From Anaerolineales bacterium (GTDB taxonomy: Bacteria > Chloroflexota > Anaerolineae > Anaerolineales > DRKV01), in NCBI GenBank assembly GCA_024763355.1, contig JANTFR010000001.1, positions 6,259 to 70,258 on the forward strand: a stretch of DNA of 64,000 nucleotides, read 5' to 3'. Below the pieces are notes generated by a model, which was not told the origin of the DNA, searched no databases, and worked only from the letters and a program-made list of their open reading frames with translations. This document shows, one piece after another, positions 1 to 9,779 of this stretch (positions are counted from its first letter, which is position 1; each line of letters begins with the position of its first letter). The position numbers were made by a program, and so were the translations under genes.

Positions 1-279
1 AAAGACAAAGCCTACTTTGCGGTTACGGATTTCCGCCAACTGGTCATCGTTCAACTCCGAGACGCGTTCCCCGTCCAGGTAATACTCGCCCGAAGTGGGA
101 CGGTCCAGACACCCCAGGATGTTCATCAAGGTGGATTTGCCGGAGCCGGAGGGTCCCATGATGGCGACCACCTCCCCCCTGTGAATCGTCACCGAAAGGC
201 CGCGCAGAGCGTGGACTTCCACCGTTCCCATGCGGTAGATTTTGGTCAGGTCTTGGGCAACCACGACTTCGTCGCGCAT
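1..279 (-). CDS. ABC transporter ATP-binding subunit (MacB/LolD-like), first 93 codons; gene runs off the left edge
   Basis: Own minus-strand translation from ATG at 279: [73 protein letters not shown]... with Walker [10 protein letters not shown]. Absent from the ORF track because it is open-ended. Starts 2 nt after the stop of the adaptor gene. Confidence 0.85.
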   Translation of the reverse strand, partial: MRDEVVVAQDLTKIYRMGTVEVHALRGLSVTIHRGEVVAIMGPSGSGKSTLMNILGCLDRPTSGEYYLDGERVSELNDDQLAEIRNRKVGFVF

Positions 280-281
280 GC

Positions 282-1685
282 CTACCTCCCGAAGGGCGGG
301 CCGCCCTGCTGCTCGAACTGGGAGGGCGGATTGAGAATGATGAGGTCGCCCTCCTGCAAATCGCCCCCTGCCACCTCGCTGTATGTATCCGACGAGGCTC
401 CCAGGGTGATGGTGACGGGCTGAGGCTCCCCGCCCTTGAGAACGTACACTACCCGCTCTCCATCCCGAAAGCGTACAGCCCGGTTGGGCACCAGCAGGAC
501 ATCCTCCAATTCGCTGACCACAATGGTGACCGCGGCGGTCATGGCGGGTTTGACTTCTTCATCGACATCTTTCAGTTCCACCGTAACCGTGAAGTTAACC
601 ACCCCTTGAGAGACCTGCCCCACGGGAGGCACCTCCACCACCTCGCCGCGGTACTCTTTGCCCAAAACGGCATCGAAAGTAAGTATCACCGGCTGCCCTA
701 CCTTCACGCGGTTGATGTCTACCTCCGAGATTTCCACGTCCACCAGCAGGTGGGAGAGGTCGTCCAGGCGGAAAGCGGTCGTACCGGGAGTGACCTGGTC
801 CCCGGTTTTAAGGTAAACCGCCGTCACGACAGCATCAAAAGGAGCCGTCAGCCGCGCCAGATTGACAGTAGCCTGAGCAGCAGCCACCCGCGCCCGGGCC
901 GCAGAGATGTCGTCGGCATCCGGCCCGGCCAGGAGGTCATCGTAAGTTTGCCGGGCATCGGCCAGTTGCGCCTGCGCGGTTTCCAGATTGGCCTGGGCAA
1001 CAGCCAGGTCCACCTCGTTCGCGGTTCCCAGCAGATTGTTGAGCCGCGCTACGGCGTTCTCGTATTCCCGTTGCGCATCGGCCAAACGGGACTGAAAATA
1101 GGCGCGCCGCAGGTTGTCCTCCGGCTTGTTCTCGTAGGGAGCAAAGTCTTCCTGCGCTTTGTCCCGCTTGTCCCGCGCCATCACCACGGCAGCCTGGGCA
1201 GCGTCAATATCCACCTGCCGGGCTTTGGATGTCAGGCTATCCAGGCGCTTTTGGGCGTCGTCCACGGCTTTTTGGGCATCGGCAATCGCTTTTTGCGCCT
1301 GGGCAAGGGTCAATTCGGAAGGCGGTTCAAGCAAGTCGTCCAGGGCTTTTTGCGCATTGACCAAATCGGCCTGGGCCAGGATAACATTTTGCGGCAGGGA
1401 AGTCTGTTCCAGGCTGGCAAGCACCTCGCCGCGGCGCACTGTATCCCCCACATCAACGTTCACCGTCTCAATCGTGCCGCTCGTCTGCCAGACCAGAACC
1501 GCTGTCTGATTGGCGCGCACACTCCCCGTAGCCCCGATAGTGGCCTGCAACGGCCCGCGGCGCGCCGCTTCGGTTTGATACGCGGTGGTGGATTGTTCTT
1601 GTTTCTGCACCTGATAACGGCGGAAAGCCCAAAATCCGCCTCCCAGGAGAACCAGCACCACTATCCAGCCGATAAATTTTTTCAT
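282..1685 (-). CDS. Efflux transporter periplasmic adaptor (HlyD/MacA membrane-fusion family)
   Basis: 467 aa: N-terminal TM helix ([16 protein letters not shown]), a long A/Q/L-rich coiled-coil hairpin, and C-terminal beta-barrel-like segments. Directly upstream of the ABC ATPase. Confidence 0.85.
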   Translation of the reverse strand: MKKFIGWIVVLVLLGGGFWAFRRYQVQKQEQSTTAYQTEAARRGPLQATIGATGSVRANQTAVLVWQTSGTIETVNVDVGDTVRRGEVLASLEQTSLPQNVILAQADLVNAQKALDDLLEPPSELTLAQAQKAIADAQKAVDDAQKRLDSLTSKARQVDIDAAQAAVVMARDKRDKAQEDFAPYENKPEDNLRRAYFQSRLADAQREYENAVARLNNLLGTANEVDLAVAQANLETAQAQLADARQTYDDLLAGPDADDISAARARVAAAQATVNLARLTAPFDAVVTAVYLKTGDQVTPGTTAFRLDDLSHLLVDVEISEVDINRVKVGQPVILTFDAVLGKEYRGEVVEVPPVGQVSQGVVNFTVTVELKDVDEEVKPAMTAAVTIVVSELEDVLLVPNRAVRFRDGERVVYVLKGGEPQPVTITLGASSDTYSEVAGGDLQEGDLIILNPPSQFEQQGGPPFGR

Positions 1686-1842
1686 GCTTACTCCTCTTAT
1701 CTCGAATACCTGCCGCGCAGCGCAGCCCCATCAACAAATCGTCTGACCCGGCGCGGCCATGGTTCATTCCCGTAAATAGTTAAGTGCAGTTAGATTTTAG
1801 GCAGGATTTGATTTTTGTCAAGGGTAGAGGATTTTCCATTCA

Positions 1843-1875
1843 AGACCTCACAGGTCTTGAAGACCTGTGAGGTCT
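1843..1875. repeat. Palindromic hairpin element, copy 1 (AGACCTCACAGGTCT-tga-AGACCTGTGAGGTCT)
   Basis: Perfect 15-bp inverted repeat with a 3-nt loop, in the divergent spacer between the adaptor gene and the GltD-like gene. Same element at 57622 and 60630. Confidence 0.9.
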
Positions 1876-2088
1876 GCCAGGAACCCAAACCAAACAGCCG
1901 AAATCCGTGGTATATTGTACGCTGTTTTCCTTTCGCGATGCTTAATCGCATGTAAAACCCAAATATGACCATTGTCATCTTGATTGGTGACATCCGCGGG
2001 TAAACAAAAGCCTGCTTTCCCGTTAACATGGGTGCGCCATCATTAGCCCTGTTTTTGCGGAAGCGATGTGAGCGAGGAGGCCTCGATT

Positions 2089-3567
2089 ATGCAAACAATT
2101 CCCAGCGAATTTTTAGATATCAATCGCAAAGAGCGACTGCTTATTCCCTTTTTTGACCTGGATACCCGCCCCCCTGAAGAGCGGGTTTGCGATTTCAATG
2201 ACGTGGTTATCGCCTTCGATGAGGAGCGCGCCCGCATCGAAGCCGCCCGTTGTATTCATTGCCCCGACCCGGCCCCTTGCGTGGATGCCTGCCCGGTGCA
2301 CAACGACATCCCTTCAGCCATGTGGCTGATTGAGCAAGGCCGCTACCTTGAAGCAGCCGCCCTCTATCGCGAGACCAGCTCCATGCCTGAGATTTGCAGC
2401 CGGGTATGCCCGCACGAGCAGTTGTGTCAGGGGTCATGCGTCCGCAATAAGGAAGAGGAACCGGTGCTCACCGGCATGCTGGAAACTTTCGTCACCGATT
2501 ACGAGCGCCAGGTCAAGGGTGTGGAAGTTCCTGTACCGCCGCAAAAAAACGGGCATCAAGTCGCCATCGTCGGGGCCGGCCCTGCGGGGCTTTCCTGCGC
2601 AGAGCAGTTGTTGCAAAAAGGCTATGATGTCACCCTTTTCGATGCCAAGCCGGCCCCCGGCGGCTTGCTGACTTACGGTATTCCCAACTTCAAACTGCCG
2701 AAAGAAGTTGTCTTCGCCCGTTGGGAAGACCTGGAACGCGCCGGCGCCAAATTCGTGGGCAACACCTACATCGGGAAAGACAAGACGATTGACGACCTCT
2801 TCAATGAAGGCTTCGAGGCGGTCTTCATCGGCGTAGGCACCGAAATCGACGCTCCCATGAACGTGGAAGGCGAAGACCTGCCCGGCGTTTACAAGGCTAC
2901 TGAGTATCTCATCCGTGCCAACGTAGACCCTGCCATCCTGCCTCCGGAATTGCAGGGCAAACCGGAGATTGGCGATAAGGTGGTGGTGGTTGGCGGCGGC
3001 GACACCGCCTCCGATTGCTTGCGCTCCAGTCTGCGCCTGGGTGCCAAAGAAGTGACCTGCGTCTACCGCCGCACCGAGAAAGAGATGCCCGGCGGAGCGA
3101 AAGACCGCAAACTCGCCAAAGAAGAAGGCGCCCGGTATATGTTCCTCACCCAGCCGGTGCGCTTCATCGCCGGAGAAGACGGACGCGTCGGCGCGGTGGA
3201 ATGCATCCACATGGAACTGGGCGAGCCGGACGAATCGGGACGCCGCCGTCCCATTCCCATCGAAGGCTCCAATTTCATCCTGGAGGCCGACACCGTGGTT
3301 CTCGCGCTGGGCTATTGGCCGGACGAGACTATCGGGAAGACTACCCCAGGGCTGGAAACCCGCAAATGGGGCCTGATTGTGGCTGACCCCGAAACCGGCG
3401 CCACCACCCGCCCCGGCGTTTTTGCCGGCGGTGACGACGTAACTGGTCCCAGCCTGGTAGTAACCGCAGTAGCCGCCGGTCGTCGGGCAGCCAAAGGCAT
3501 AGACGAGTACGTCCGTTCCCAAGAAGAAGGCGCGAAATCCGGCGAAGCGCTCCCCGTCGCCGCCTGA
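2089..3567 (+). CDS. GltD-family NAD(P)H-dependent oxidoreductase (glutamate synthase small-subunit-like, Fe-S + FAD/NAD binding)
   Basis: Cys clusters CIHCPDPAPCVDACP and CSRVCPHEQLCQGSC; dinucleotide folds VAIVGAGPAGLSCA and VVVVGGGDTASD. I prefer ATG 2089 (GAGGAGG 8 nt upstream) over the track start GTG 2068. No large-subunit gene is adjacent. Confidence 0.8.
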   Translation: MQTIPSEFLDINRKERLLIPFFDLDTRPPEERVCDFNDVVIAFDEERARIEAARCIHCPDPAPCVDACPVHNDIPSAMWLIEQGRYLEAAALYRETSSMPEICSRVCPHEQLCQGSCVRNKEEEPVLTGMLETFVTDYERQVKGVEVPVPPQKNGHQVAIVGAGPAGLSCAEQLLQKGYDVTLFDAKPAPGGLLTYGIPNFKLPKEVVFARWEDLERAGAKFVGNTYIGKDKTIDDLFNEGFEAVFIGVGTEIDAPMNVEGEDLPGVYKATEYLIRANVDPAILPPELQGKPEIGDKVVVVGGGDTASDCLRSSLRLGAKEVTCVYRRTEKEMPGGAKDRKLAKEEGARYMFLTQPVRFIAGEDGRVGAVECIHMELGEPDESGRRRPIPIEGSNFILEADTVVLALGYWPDETIGKTTPGLETRKWGLIVADPETGATTRPGVFAGGDDVTGPSLVVTAVAAGRRAAKGIDEYVRSQEEGAKSGEALPVAA

Positions 3568-3764
3568 GGTGTTCCCTGCACCGGGATGTCTGCCTCCCCG
3601 GAAAGAATGTGACTTTTTTCACATTCTGCGCGTGACGGGAAAGACGCCGATTGTGATAAACGGAACTACCGCGACACACAAGAATCGTGTACGATGGAGT
3701 TGTCGGCGGTAAACAACCCGCCAGGGCAAAATCTTCCTCCCTACCTCCTTCCTCCTTTCGCTGT

Positions 3765-3794
3765 AATGAGCGGCCCGGCACCGGGCCGCTCATT
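3765..3794 (+). terminator. Perfect GC-rich hairpin (AATGAGCGGCCCGG-ca-CCGGGCCGCTCATT) downstream of the GltD-like gene
   Basis: 14-bp perfect inverted repeat. No U-tract follows, so terminator function is uncertain. Confidence 0.35.
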
Positions 3795-3808
3795 GATTCT
3801 ACCGGCTC

Positions 3809-3817
3809 TGGTAGAAT
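3809..3817 (+). promoter_or_regulatory. Candidate extended -10 promoter (TGgTAGAAT) for the dehydrogenase gene
   Basis: TGnTAGAAT motif about 105 nt upstream of ATG 3923. No clear -35. Confidence 0.35.
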
Positions 3818-3922
3818 GGCATCAATTCGGCTCCTGCCGCAAAAACCGGTCGGGGAGATGAGGGTCACTTCGGAAGTGCCATCACCTGTCACCTGCACAC
3901 TACTTCTACAGGAGAATTTACC

Positions 3923-4813
3923 ATGCAAGAAACAATCGGTTTCATCGGCCTGGGCATCATGGGGAGCGGCATGAGCCGCAATCTGCTCAAGGCCGGATTT
4001 CCTCTCATTGTCTGGAATCGCACAGCAAGCAAGATGACTCCGCTGGTAGAAGCGGGCGCACAAGCCGCCGCTTCACCCGCCGACCTGGCCTCCCGCTCCG
4101 GGGTCATCATCACCTGCGTCAGCAACACCGCCGACGTGGAGGCAGTCGTCCTGGGCGAAAACGGCGTCATTCACGGGGCGCGTCCCGGCGCGCTCGTCAT
4201 CGACATGAGCACCATCAGCCCGGATGCCACCCGCCAAATGGCCGCCCAACTGGAGCAGAAAGGCATCCACATGCTGGACGCCCCCATTAGCGGGGGCAGC
4301 GAAGGGGCGGCAAACGGCACGCTTTCCATCATGGTGGGCGGCGAGGCAGCCCAGGTGCAGCGCGCTATGCCGTATTTCCAGGCGATGGGGAAGACCATCA
4401 CCCACGTAGGCGGACACGGCGCGGGACAGATGGTCAAACTGGTCAACCAGATTCTGGTGGTAGGCAATGCCCTGGCGATGAGCGAGGCTTTGCTCTTCGC
4501 TCAGGCCGGCGGCGTAGACCTGGAGAAAACGCTGCAAGCAGTCAGCGGGGGCGCGGCGGGGAGTTGGATGCTCTTCCACCGCGGGCCGCAAATCATCGCC
4601 CGAGACTGGCGCCCCGGTTTCACCATTGACTTGCAGCAAAAGGACTTGCGTCTCGTTCTGGGAGAGGCCGACCGCATGGGCGTGCCTGCCCTGGTGACCG
4701 CCCAGGTCTTCAACCTGTACCGCACCTTGCAGCAGGCAGGGCTGGGGAGCGAGGGCAATCACGCCCTCATCAAGGCGCTGGAACGCCTGACCGGATTGGA
4801 AGTGGGCGCTTGA
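3923..4813 (+). CDS. NAD(P)-dependent beta-hydroxyacid dehydrogenase (3-hydroxyisobutyrate / 2-hydroxy-3-oxopropionate reductase family)
   Basis: N-terminal Rossmann motif IGFIGLGIMGSGMSRNL; family-typical length of 296 aa; SD AGGAGA upstream. Confidence 0.85.
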   Translation: MQETIGFIGLGIMGSGMSRNLLKAGFPLIVWNRTASKMTPLVEAGAQAAASPADLASRSGVIITCVSNTADVEAVVLGENGVIHGARPGALVIDMSTISPDATRQMAAQLEQKGIHMLDAPISGGSEGAANGTLSIMVGGEAAQVQRAMPYFQAMGKTITHVGGHGAGQMVKLVNQILVVGNALAMSEALLFAQAGGVDLEKTLQAVSGGAAGSWMLFHRGPQIIARDWRPGFTIDLQQKDLRLVLGEADRMGVPALVTAQVFNLYRTLQQAGLGSEGNHALIKALERLTGLEVGA

Positions 4814-5038
4814 ACCCCCAGAGACACAACTTTCCACGCAAAGTCTCAAAGAACTCTGACAATTAGCCGCCGGAGAGCGGCTTCGCAGGCGTTGATGCAG
4901 GTTCATCTGCCGCTTCTTGCCATATTTGCCGACATCCGCAGTCTTTTTCCTGCTATACCCCGCTCCAAATCTTGGGTATACTATGCTTGGTAACCGTGGC
5001 ATTCACCCTGTCCTGCTTCCAGCACAACCCCACAATTT

Positions 5039-5731
5039 ATGCTTCCCCTTCGCGACACCATCCGCTCCCATCGCTTCCCCATAATAACGTGGGCTTTGAT
5101 TGGCCTCAACACCCTCGTCTTTCTCTTCGAGGCCCAACTTTCCCCACAGGCGTTGACGCACTTCGTAAATACCTGGGGGCTGGTTCCGGCAGAATTCTCG
5201 CTGCTCTCCCCGCTCAGTTGGGGGCGCGTCCTGCTTTCCATGTTCCTGCACGGAGGCTGGTTCCACATCATCTCCAATATGTGGTTCCTGTACATCTTTG
5301 GCGACAACGTGGAGGACCGCATGGGGGCGGGACGCTACCTGTTGTTCTACCTGCTGGGGGGAGCAGCCGCCGCGCTGGGACAGGTACTTATCGCCCCCGG
5401 CAGCACCACCCCGGTCGTCGGGGCCAGCGGAGCCATCGCCGCCGTACTGGGAGGCTACTTCGTCCTCTACCCCACCGCCAAAGTCACCACCTTGGTTCCG
5501 GTTTTCTTCTTCATCACTTTCGTGGACATTCCCGCCGTGCTCTACCTGGGCTTCTGGTTTGTCATGCAGATATTTTCCGGCATGGCTGCCTTAGGCGCTC
5601 CTATGAACGCCGGGGTTGCCTGGTGGGCGCACATCGGCGGATTCCTGTTTGGGATGCTGGCGGTACACCTGTTCACGGAGAAAGAACCCGCCTACCACCG
5701 CACCTACCCGGACGAATACTGGCCCTGGTAG
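5039..5731 (+). CDS. Rhomboid-family intramembrane serine protease
   Basis: Multi-TM protein with WFHIISNMWFLYIFG, catalytic-Ser motif GASGAIAAVLG and catalytic-His region AHIGGFLFG. Confidence 0.85.
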   Translation: MLPLRDTIRSHRFPIITWALIGLNTLVFLFEAQLSPQALTHFVNTWGLVPAEFSLLSPLSWGRVLLSMFLHGGWFHIISNMWFLYIFGDNVEDRMGAGRYLLFYLLGGAAAALGQVLIAPGSTTPVVGASGAIAAVLGGYFVLYPTAKVTTLVPVFFFITFVDIPAVLYLGFWFVMQIFSGMAALGAPMNAGVAWWAHIGGFLFGMLAVHLFTEKEPAYHRTYPDEYWPW

Positions 5732-5821
5732 CAGACTTCCGAGATTTCCCCAGAGTGACGTTCATCCGGAGCGCCTCTCCTCAAAATCTCGGAAGTCTGG
5801 GTCACATTCAGGAGGTCGTGT

Positions 5822-6667
5822 ATGAACTTTATGGATATTTTCTGGCTAATTTTGCTATTGTCTTCCTTCCAGCCCTTGCTGCGGCAGCGCATGTTAGAAG
5901 CAGCGCGCCTCCGCCTGTTTCGCAAACTGGAAGCGAAACGCAAGAGCCGGGTGATTGCCCTTATTCACCGGCAAGAGACGCTCTCCTTTCTCGGCTTTCC
6001 GATTGCCCGCTACATCGACGTACACGATTCCGAGGAAGTTTTGCGCGCCATCAAGATGACCGACGACGAGATGCCCATAGACCTCATCCTGCACACGCCG
6101 GGGGGACTGGTGCTGGCTGCCGAGCAAATTGCCTACGCCCTCAGCAAACATCCTGCCAAAGTGACCGTTTTTGTGCCCCATTACGCCATGTCCGGCGGCA
6201 CATTGATTGCCCTGGCCGCCGACGAAATCGTCATGGACCCCAACGCCGTCCTCGGCCCGGTAGACCCCCAGTTAGGGCAGTTCCCCGCCGCATCTATCCT
6301 GAAGGCGGTGGAACAAAAAGACCCCAACAACGTAGATGATGAGACCCTCATCATGGCGGATATGGCCCACAAAGCTATCAATCAGGTCAAACAGACCGTC
6401 CACGCCCTGGCCGCCACCCACCTGGATGAGGAAACCGCCAGACGCCTTTCGGAAACGCTGCCGGTCGGCCTGTGGACGCACGATTACCCCATCACCGCCG
6501 AGGCCGCCCGCGACTTCGGGCTGAACATCAACACCGACCTGCCTCCGGAGATTTACCAGTTGATGAATCTCTTCCCGCAAACCGCCCAACGGCGTCCCTC
6601 CGTGGAATACATCCCCATACCGTACCACCGCCAGCCCAACTCATCCAACCAGAAGACCCTGATATAG
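5822..6667 (+). CDS. Membrane-anchored Clp-fold serine protease (SDH / NfeD-ClpP-like family)
   Basis: N-terminal TM helix, then LILHTPGGLVLAAEQIAYAL ... YAMSGGTLIALAADEIVM, typical of Clp-fold serine proteinases. SD AGGAGG. Confidence 0.7.
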   Translation: MNFMDIFWLILLLSSFQPLLRQRMLEAARLRLFRKLEAKRKSRVIALIHRQETLSFLGFPIARYIDVHDSEEVLRAIKMTDDEMPIDLILHTPGGLVLAAEQIAYALSKHPAKVTVFVPHYAMSGGTLIALAADEIVMDPNAVLGPVDPQLGQFPAASILKAVEQKDPNNVDDETLIMADMAHKAINQVKQTVHALAATHLDEETARRLSETLPVGLWTHDYPITAEAARDFGLNINTDLPPEIYQLMNLFPQTAQRRPSVEYIPIPYHRQPNSSNQKTLI

Positions 6668-6720
6668 TCTCACCTTGAATCCCCATCTGGCCGATTCTCA
6701 CCCCCCAAAGGAGGCCTACC

Positions 6721-7935
6721 ATGACCGACGATTATCCCATCTCCGAAACTCCCGAAGAAGCCGAGAACCCGCTCCCCGAGGAGCAGCCGGCAGAGACGGG
6801 AGATGCGGAAATCATCTCCCCGCCCCCGGAAGAAAGTGCGGAACCGATTGACCTCAACACGGCCACGAAAACGCAACTCGTCTCCCTGCCGCACATCGGA
6901 CGCAGGCTGGCACAGCGCATCATCGAAGCGCGCCCCATCCACGCTCTGGAAGACCTGGCCGCCCTTCGCGGCATCAGCCTGGCGGCCATCGAAGACCTGC
7001 GCCCCCTGGTGACGATTTCTCTCCCGGAGGAGGCTCCCCCTGAGCCAGAAGCATCCTCCGAGGCAGAGGAGGCGCTTCCCACCTTACGGGCTGCCGAGGG
7101 GCTGGAAGCCCTCGAAGAGGAACTCCTGGGAGATGCCGAACCCGAAGCGGAGCCACCCACCGAGGAGGAGGCCGAAACTGAGGCAGCAGAAGCCCTGGAG
7201 CGTCTGGAGGAGGCCGTCTTGGGGCAGGAAGACACCGAAGACCTCGGCCCCATTCCATCCGCCCCGCCACCCGAAGAACCGCCCGAACCCCCTGAAGAGC
7301 CCGCGCCTCCGCCGGACGAAGTCCCTGCCCCCGAACCCCGGCCCGCCCCAATGGGGATAACCCGTAGCCACGCCTGGTGGCTGGCTTTCATCAGTTCGCT
7401 GGTCACCCTCGTGTTGGCAATAATCTTTTCCCTAGCCGTGTTGGCGGGCATCAACGGCGGCTTGCGCTACGCTGGGCCGCAGGATATCCGTCAGGTATCC
7501 CATCAGATTGAAGGAGTCAACCAGCAAGCAGAAAGTCTCCGCCAGGATATAGAGGGGCTGCGCAGCCGCCTGGACAACCTGGAATCCATCAGCGGGCGGG
7601 TAGATAACCTGGAAAGGCAGTCCGACTCCATTCAGGGCGCGGTAAGCGACCTCCAGGAAAATCTTTCCACCATGGAAGGCGACCTGGAAACGCTGGACGA
7701 CTCCGTTGCATCCCTGCAAACCCAGGTGGATGAACTCTCCCAGGAGCAAGGCGCTTTCCAATCCTTCTTCCAGCAATTGGGCGACCTGATTGACGAATTC
7801 TTCGCTGGAGAAGGCGCGGTGGCAACTCCGGAAACGCCGGCCACGCCGCCCGTGGGCACTATCACCCCCACCCTCACGCCTACGAGTCACCCGCCTACCC
7901 CCACCGTTACCCCCTCCGCGACATCCGTTCCATAA
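6721..7935 (+). CDS. ComEA-like helix-hairpin-helix domain + acidic Pro/Glu-rich region + TM helix + coiled coil + Thr/Pro-rich tail protein
   Basis: HhH motif IDLNTATKTQLVSLPHIGRRLAQRIIEARP; long E/P/A low-complexity segment; TM WWLAFISSLVTLVLAIIFSLAVLAGI; heptad-like LESISGRVDNLERQSDSIQGAVSDLQENL; SD AAGGAGG. Confidence 0.6.
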   Translation: MTDDYPISETPEEAENPLPEEQPAETGDAEIISPPPEESAEPIDLNTATKTQLVSLPHIGRRLAQRIIEARPIHALEDLAALRGISLAAIEDLRPLVTISLPEEAPPEPEASSEAEEALPTLRAAEGLEALEEELLGDAEPEAEPPTEEEAETEAAEALERLEEAVLGQEDTEDLGPIPSAPPPEEPPEPPEEPAPPPDEVPAPEPRPAPMGITRSHAWWLAFISSLVTLVLAIIFSLAVLAGINGGLRYAGPQDIRQVSHQIEGVNQQAESLRQDIEGLRSRLDNLESISGRVDNLERQSDSIQGAVSDLQENLSTMEGDLETLDDSVASLQTQVDELSQEQGAFQSFFQQLGDLIDEFFAGEGAVATPETPATPPVGTITPTLTPTSHPPTPTVTPSATSVP

Positions 7936-7947
7936 GGGAGTCTCCCT

Positions 7948-8943
7948 ATGAGTACGCAAAAACCCCCCGCCCCTTCCTTCGGGCAACGTATCGGCAGAGC
8001 ATTTCTGGCCTTCGTACGCGCCATCGTCGTTCTGCTGATACTTGTCGCCATCGGCGCGCTGCTGGTCTGGAGCCTGCCGCGGCTCTACACGCAATTCATC
8101 CTGCCCGTGCAGGAACACGGCGCCCGCATCGAAGACCTGCAAACCCAGCAAGACGAACTGGCAGCACAACTCACCGAGCAAAATGCGGCGCTTCTGGAAC
8201 GCATTCAGACGCTGGAAGAACAACGGGACAGCGACAAACAGACCATCGACGAACTCAATGCCCGGATACGCGCTCTCAACGACGACCTGGGCAACCTTAC
8301 CCGGCAGCAAGAAGCCTCGCAAGCCGCGCTGGAAAATCTCCAGCAAGACCTCGATGCGCTCACCCAAACGCTGGATGCGCTTGAGTCCCAGTACGCCGCC
8401 TTGCAGGAAAGCGTAGATGCCAATCAGGAAGGCCTCACCTTGCTAAGTGATTATCTCACCTCGCAGGAGGCCCCCCTGGCCGTCGTGTATCGCGAGGTGC
8501 AACTGGTCAAGGCGATGGAACTGCTGACACGCAGTCGCATCTCTCTGGAATTGAGCGATGCCGGACAGGCCCGCAGCGCGGTGGAGGAAGCCCGCGCCCT
8601 GCTTCTCGATTTGCGCACTTTTACCTTCGGGGCGCAAACGGAGGCCCTGGATGCCATCATCGAGCGTCTCGACCTCACCCTGGACGACTTCGGCAAAGCC
8701 CCTTCGCTGGTATCCAACGACCTGGAGAGCGCCTGGCAACTTCTCCTGGCCGGCCTGCCCGACAACACCTTACCGCCTGCCGGCAGTCTGCAAATCGTAG
8801 TTACCCCCTCGGTGGAAATTTCCACGACAATGGGGTATCCGCCGGAACCCGGAGAAGAAATCACCGTTACGGTTCCACTGACTGACGAGCAAGAAAGCGC
8901 CCCGCCCGCCGAAGCGACGCCGGAGCCTACCGCTTACCCTTGA
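7948..8943 (+). CDS. N-terminally membrane-anchored coiled-coil protein (hypothetical; HemX-like layout)
   Basis: TM AIVVLLILVAIGALLVWSL, about 130 aa of Q/L/E/D heptads, then a helical C-terminal region. Resembles the next gene in layout. Confidence 0.55.
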   Translation: MSTQKPPAPSFGQRIGRAFLAFVRAIVVLLILVAIGALLVWSLPRLYTQFILPVQEHGARIEDLQTQQDELAAQLTEQNAALLERIQTLEEQRDSDKQTIDELNARIRALNDDLGNLTRQQEASQAALENLQQDLDALTQTLDALESQYAALQESVDANQEGLTLLSDYLTSQEAPLAVVYREVQLVKAMELLTRSRISLELSDAGQARSAVEEARALLLDLRTFTFGAQTEALDAIIERLDLTLDDFGKAPSLVSNDLESAWQLLLAGLPDNTLPPAGSLQIVVTPSVEISTTMGYPPEPGEEITVTVPLTDEQESAPPAEATPEPTAYP

Positions 8944-8972
8944 TGCACGCATGAAATTTCGGGAGATTACGC

Positions 8973-9713
8973 ATGACCGAACAAGACATTTCCCCCACGC
9001 CTGAAGAGGCGCTTCCCCCTCAAGAGGAAGCCATTCCCGAAGAAACCCCGGCAGCAGACTCCCTTCCGGAGGCCCCCGCCCCCCCGGAGGAGGTCAGCCC
9101 CCCGGATTCTTTCACGCCTCCGCCCGCCGAGGCCGAGAGTACCCCATCCCCCAGCCGGGCACGCACTTTTCTGCGAAAAGCCCTCCGCTGGCTTATCGGA
9201 CTCTTCATCGTCTTTGCCCTGGGGTACCTGACCGCCTTTTTCACCATCTACCAGCCCCTGGCAAACAAATACGCTCAGGTCACATCTGATGCCCAAAAAG
9301 CCGCCGACCAGATTACCTCGCTGCAAGCAGACCTGGAGGCCGCCAACGCCCAGGCAGACGCGCTTCAAGAGAAACTGAAGGCCCTCGCCGCAGAGCGAGA
9401 TACCCTTCAGGAAGAAGTGGATGCCGCCGAACTCCACTTTTACACCCTGCGCGCCCTCTCTGACGTGCAGGGTGCGCGCCTGGCCCTGGCTGGCGAAGAC
9501 CTCGACACCGCTCGCGTCTATCTCTCCAAGACGCCCACCTACCTGGAGACGATGCAATCCCTGGCCGACTCCGATATGCAGGATGCCATCAAGGATATGC
9601 AGCAGCGCCTCACCCTGGTGCGGGGCGAACTGGAGGACAACCCCGATACGGCCGCCACGGATTTGGCTATCCTGGCCGACTGGCTGCGCCAGTTCGAGAC
9701 CGCTTTGCCCTGA
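8973..9713 (+). CDS. Pro/Glu-rich N-tail + TM + coiled-coil protein (hypothetical; paralogous layout to 7948..8943)
   Basis: P/E-rich 60 aa, TM WLIGLFIVFALGYLTAFFTIY, coiled coil ITSLQADLEAANAQADALQEKLKALAAERDTLQEE, and a helical tail with the same L..A..L..D..A pattern as the previous protein. Confidence 0.55.
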   Translation: MTEQDISPTPEEALPPQEEAIPEETPAADSLPEAPAPPEEVSPPDSFTPPPAEAESTPSPSRARTFLRKALRWLIGLFIVFALGYLTAFFTIYQPLANKYAQVTSDAQKAADQITSLQADLEAANAQADALQEKLKALAAERDTLQEEVDAAELHFYTLRALSDVQGARLALAGEDLDTARVYLSKTPTYLETMQSLADSDMQDAIKDMQQRLTLVRGELEDNPDTAATDLAILADWLRQFETALP

Positions 9714-9722
9714 CCTGAATCT

Positions 9723-9764
9723 AAAAAAAGCAGCGGACGACGAAGAGTCGTCCGCTGCTTTTTG
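9723..9764. terminator. Bidirectional rho-independent terminator between convergent genes
   Basis: AAAAAAA-GCAGCGGACGAC-gaaga-GTCGTCCGCTGC-TTTTT: perfect 12-bp stem flanked by an A-run and a T-run. Confidence 0.85.
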
Positions 9765-9779
9765 ATTCTTAGCGAGACA

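Noticed and set aside
1931-2020. Possible leader peptides upstream of the GltD-like gene: MLNRM and the Ile-rich MTIVILIGDIRG (about 1965-2003). These would suggest amino-acid attenuation or a riboswitch in the 400-nt AT-rich spacer.
   Set aside because: There is no SD before either mini-ORF, no convincing terminator/antiterminator alternative, and no match to riboswitch cores I can recall. I treat them as chance ORFs.
1790-2029. 79-aa minus-strand ORF in the AT-rich divergent spacer.
   Set aside because: No SD and a low-complexity, hydrophobic or odd composition. It spans hairpin element copy 1 and the likely promoters.
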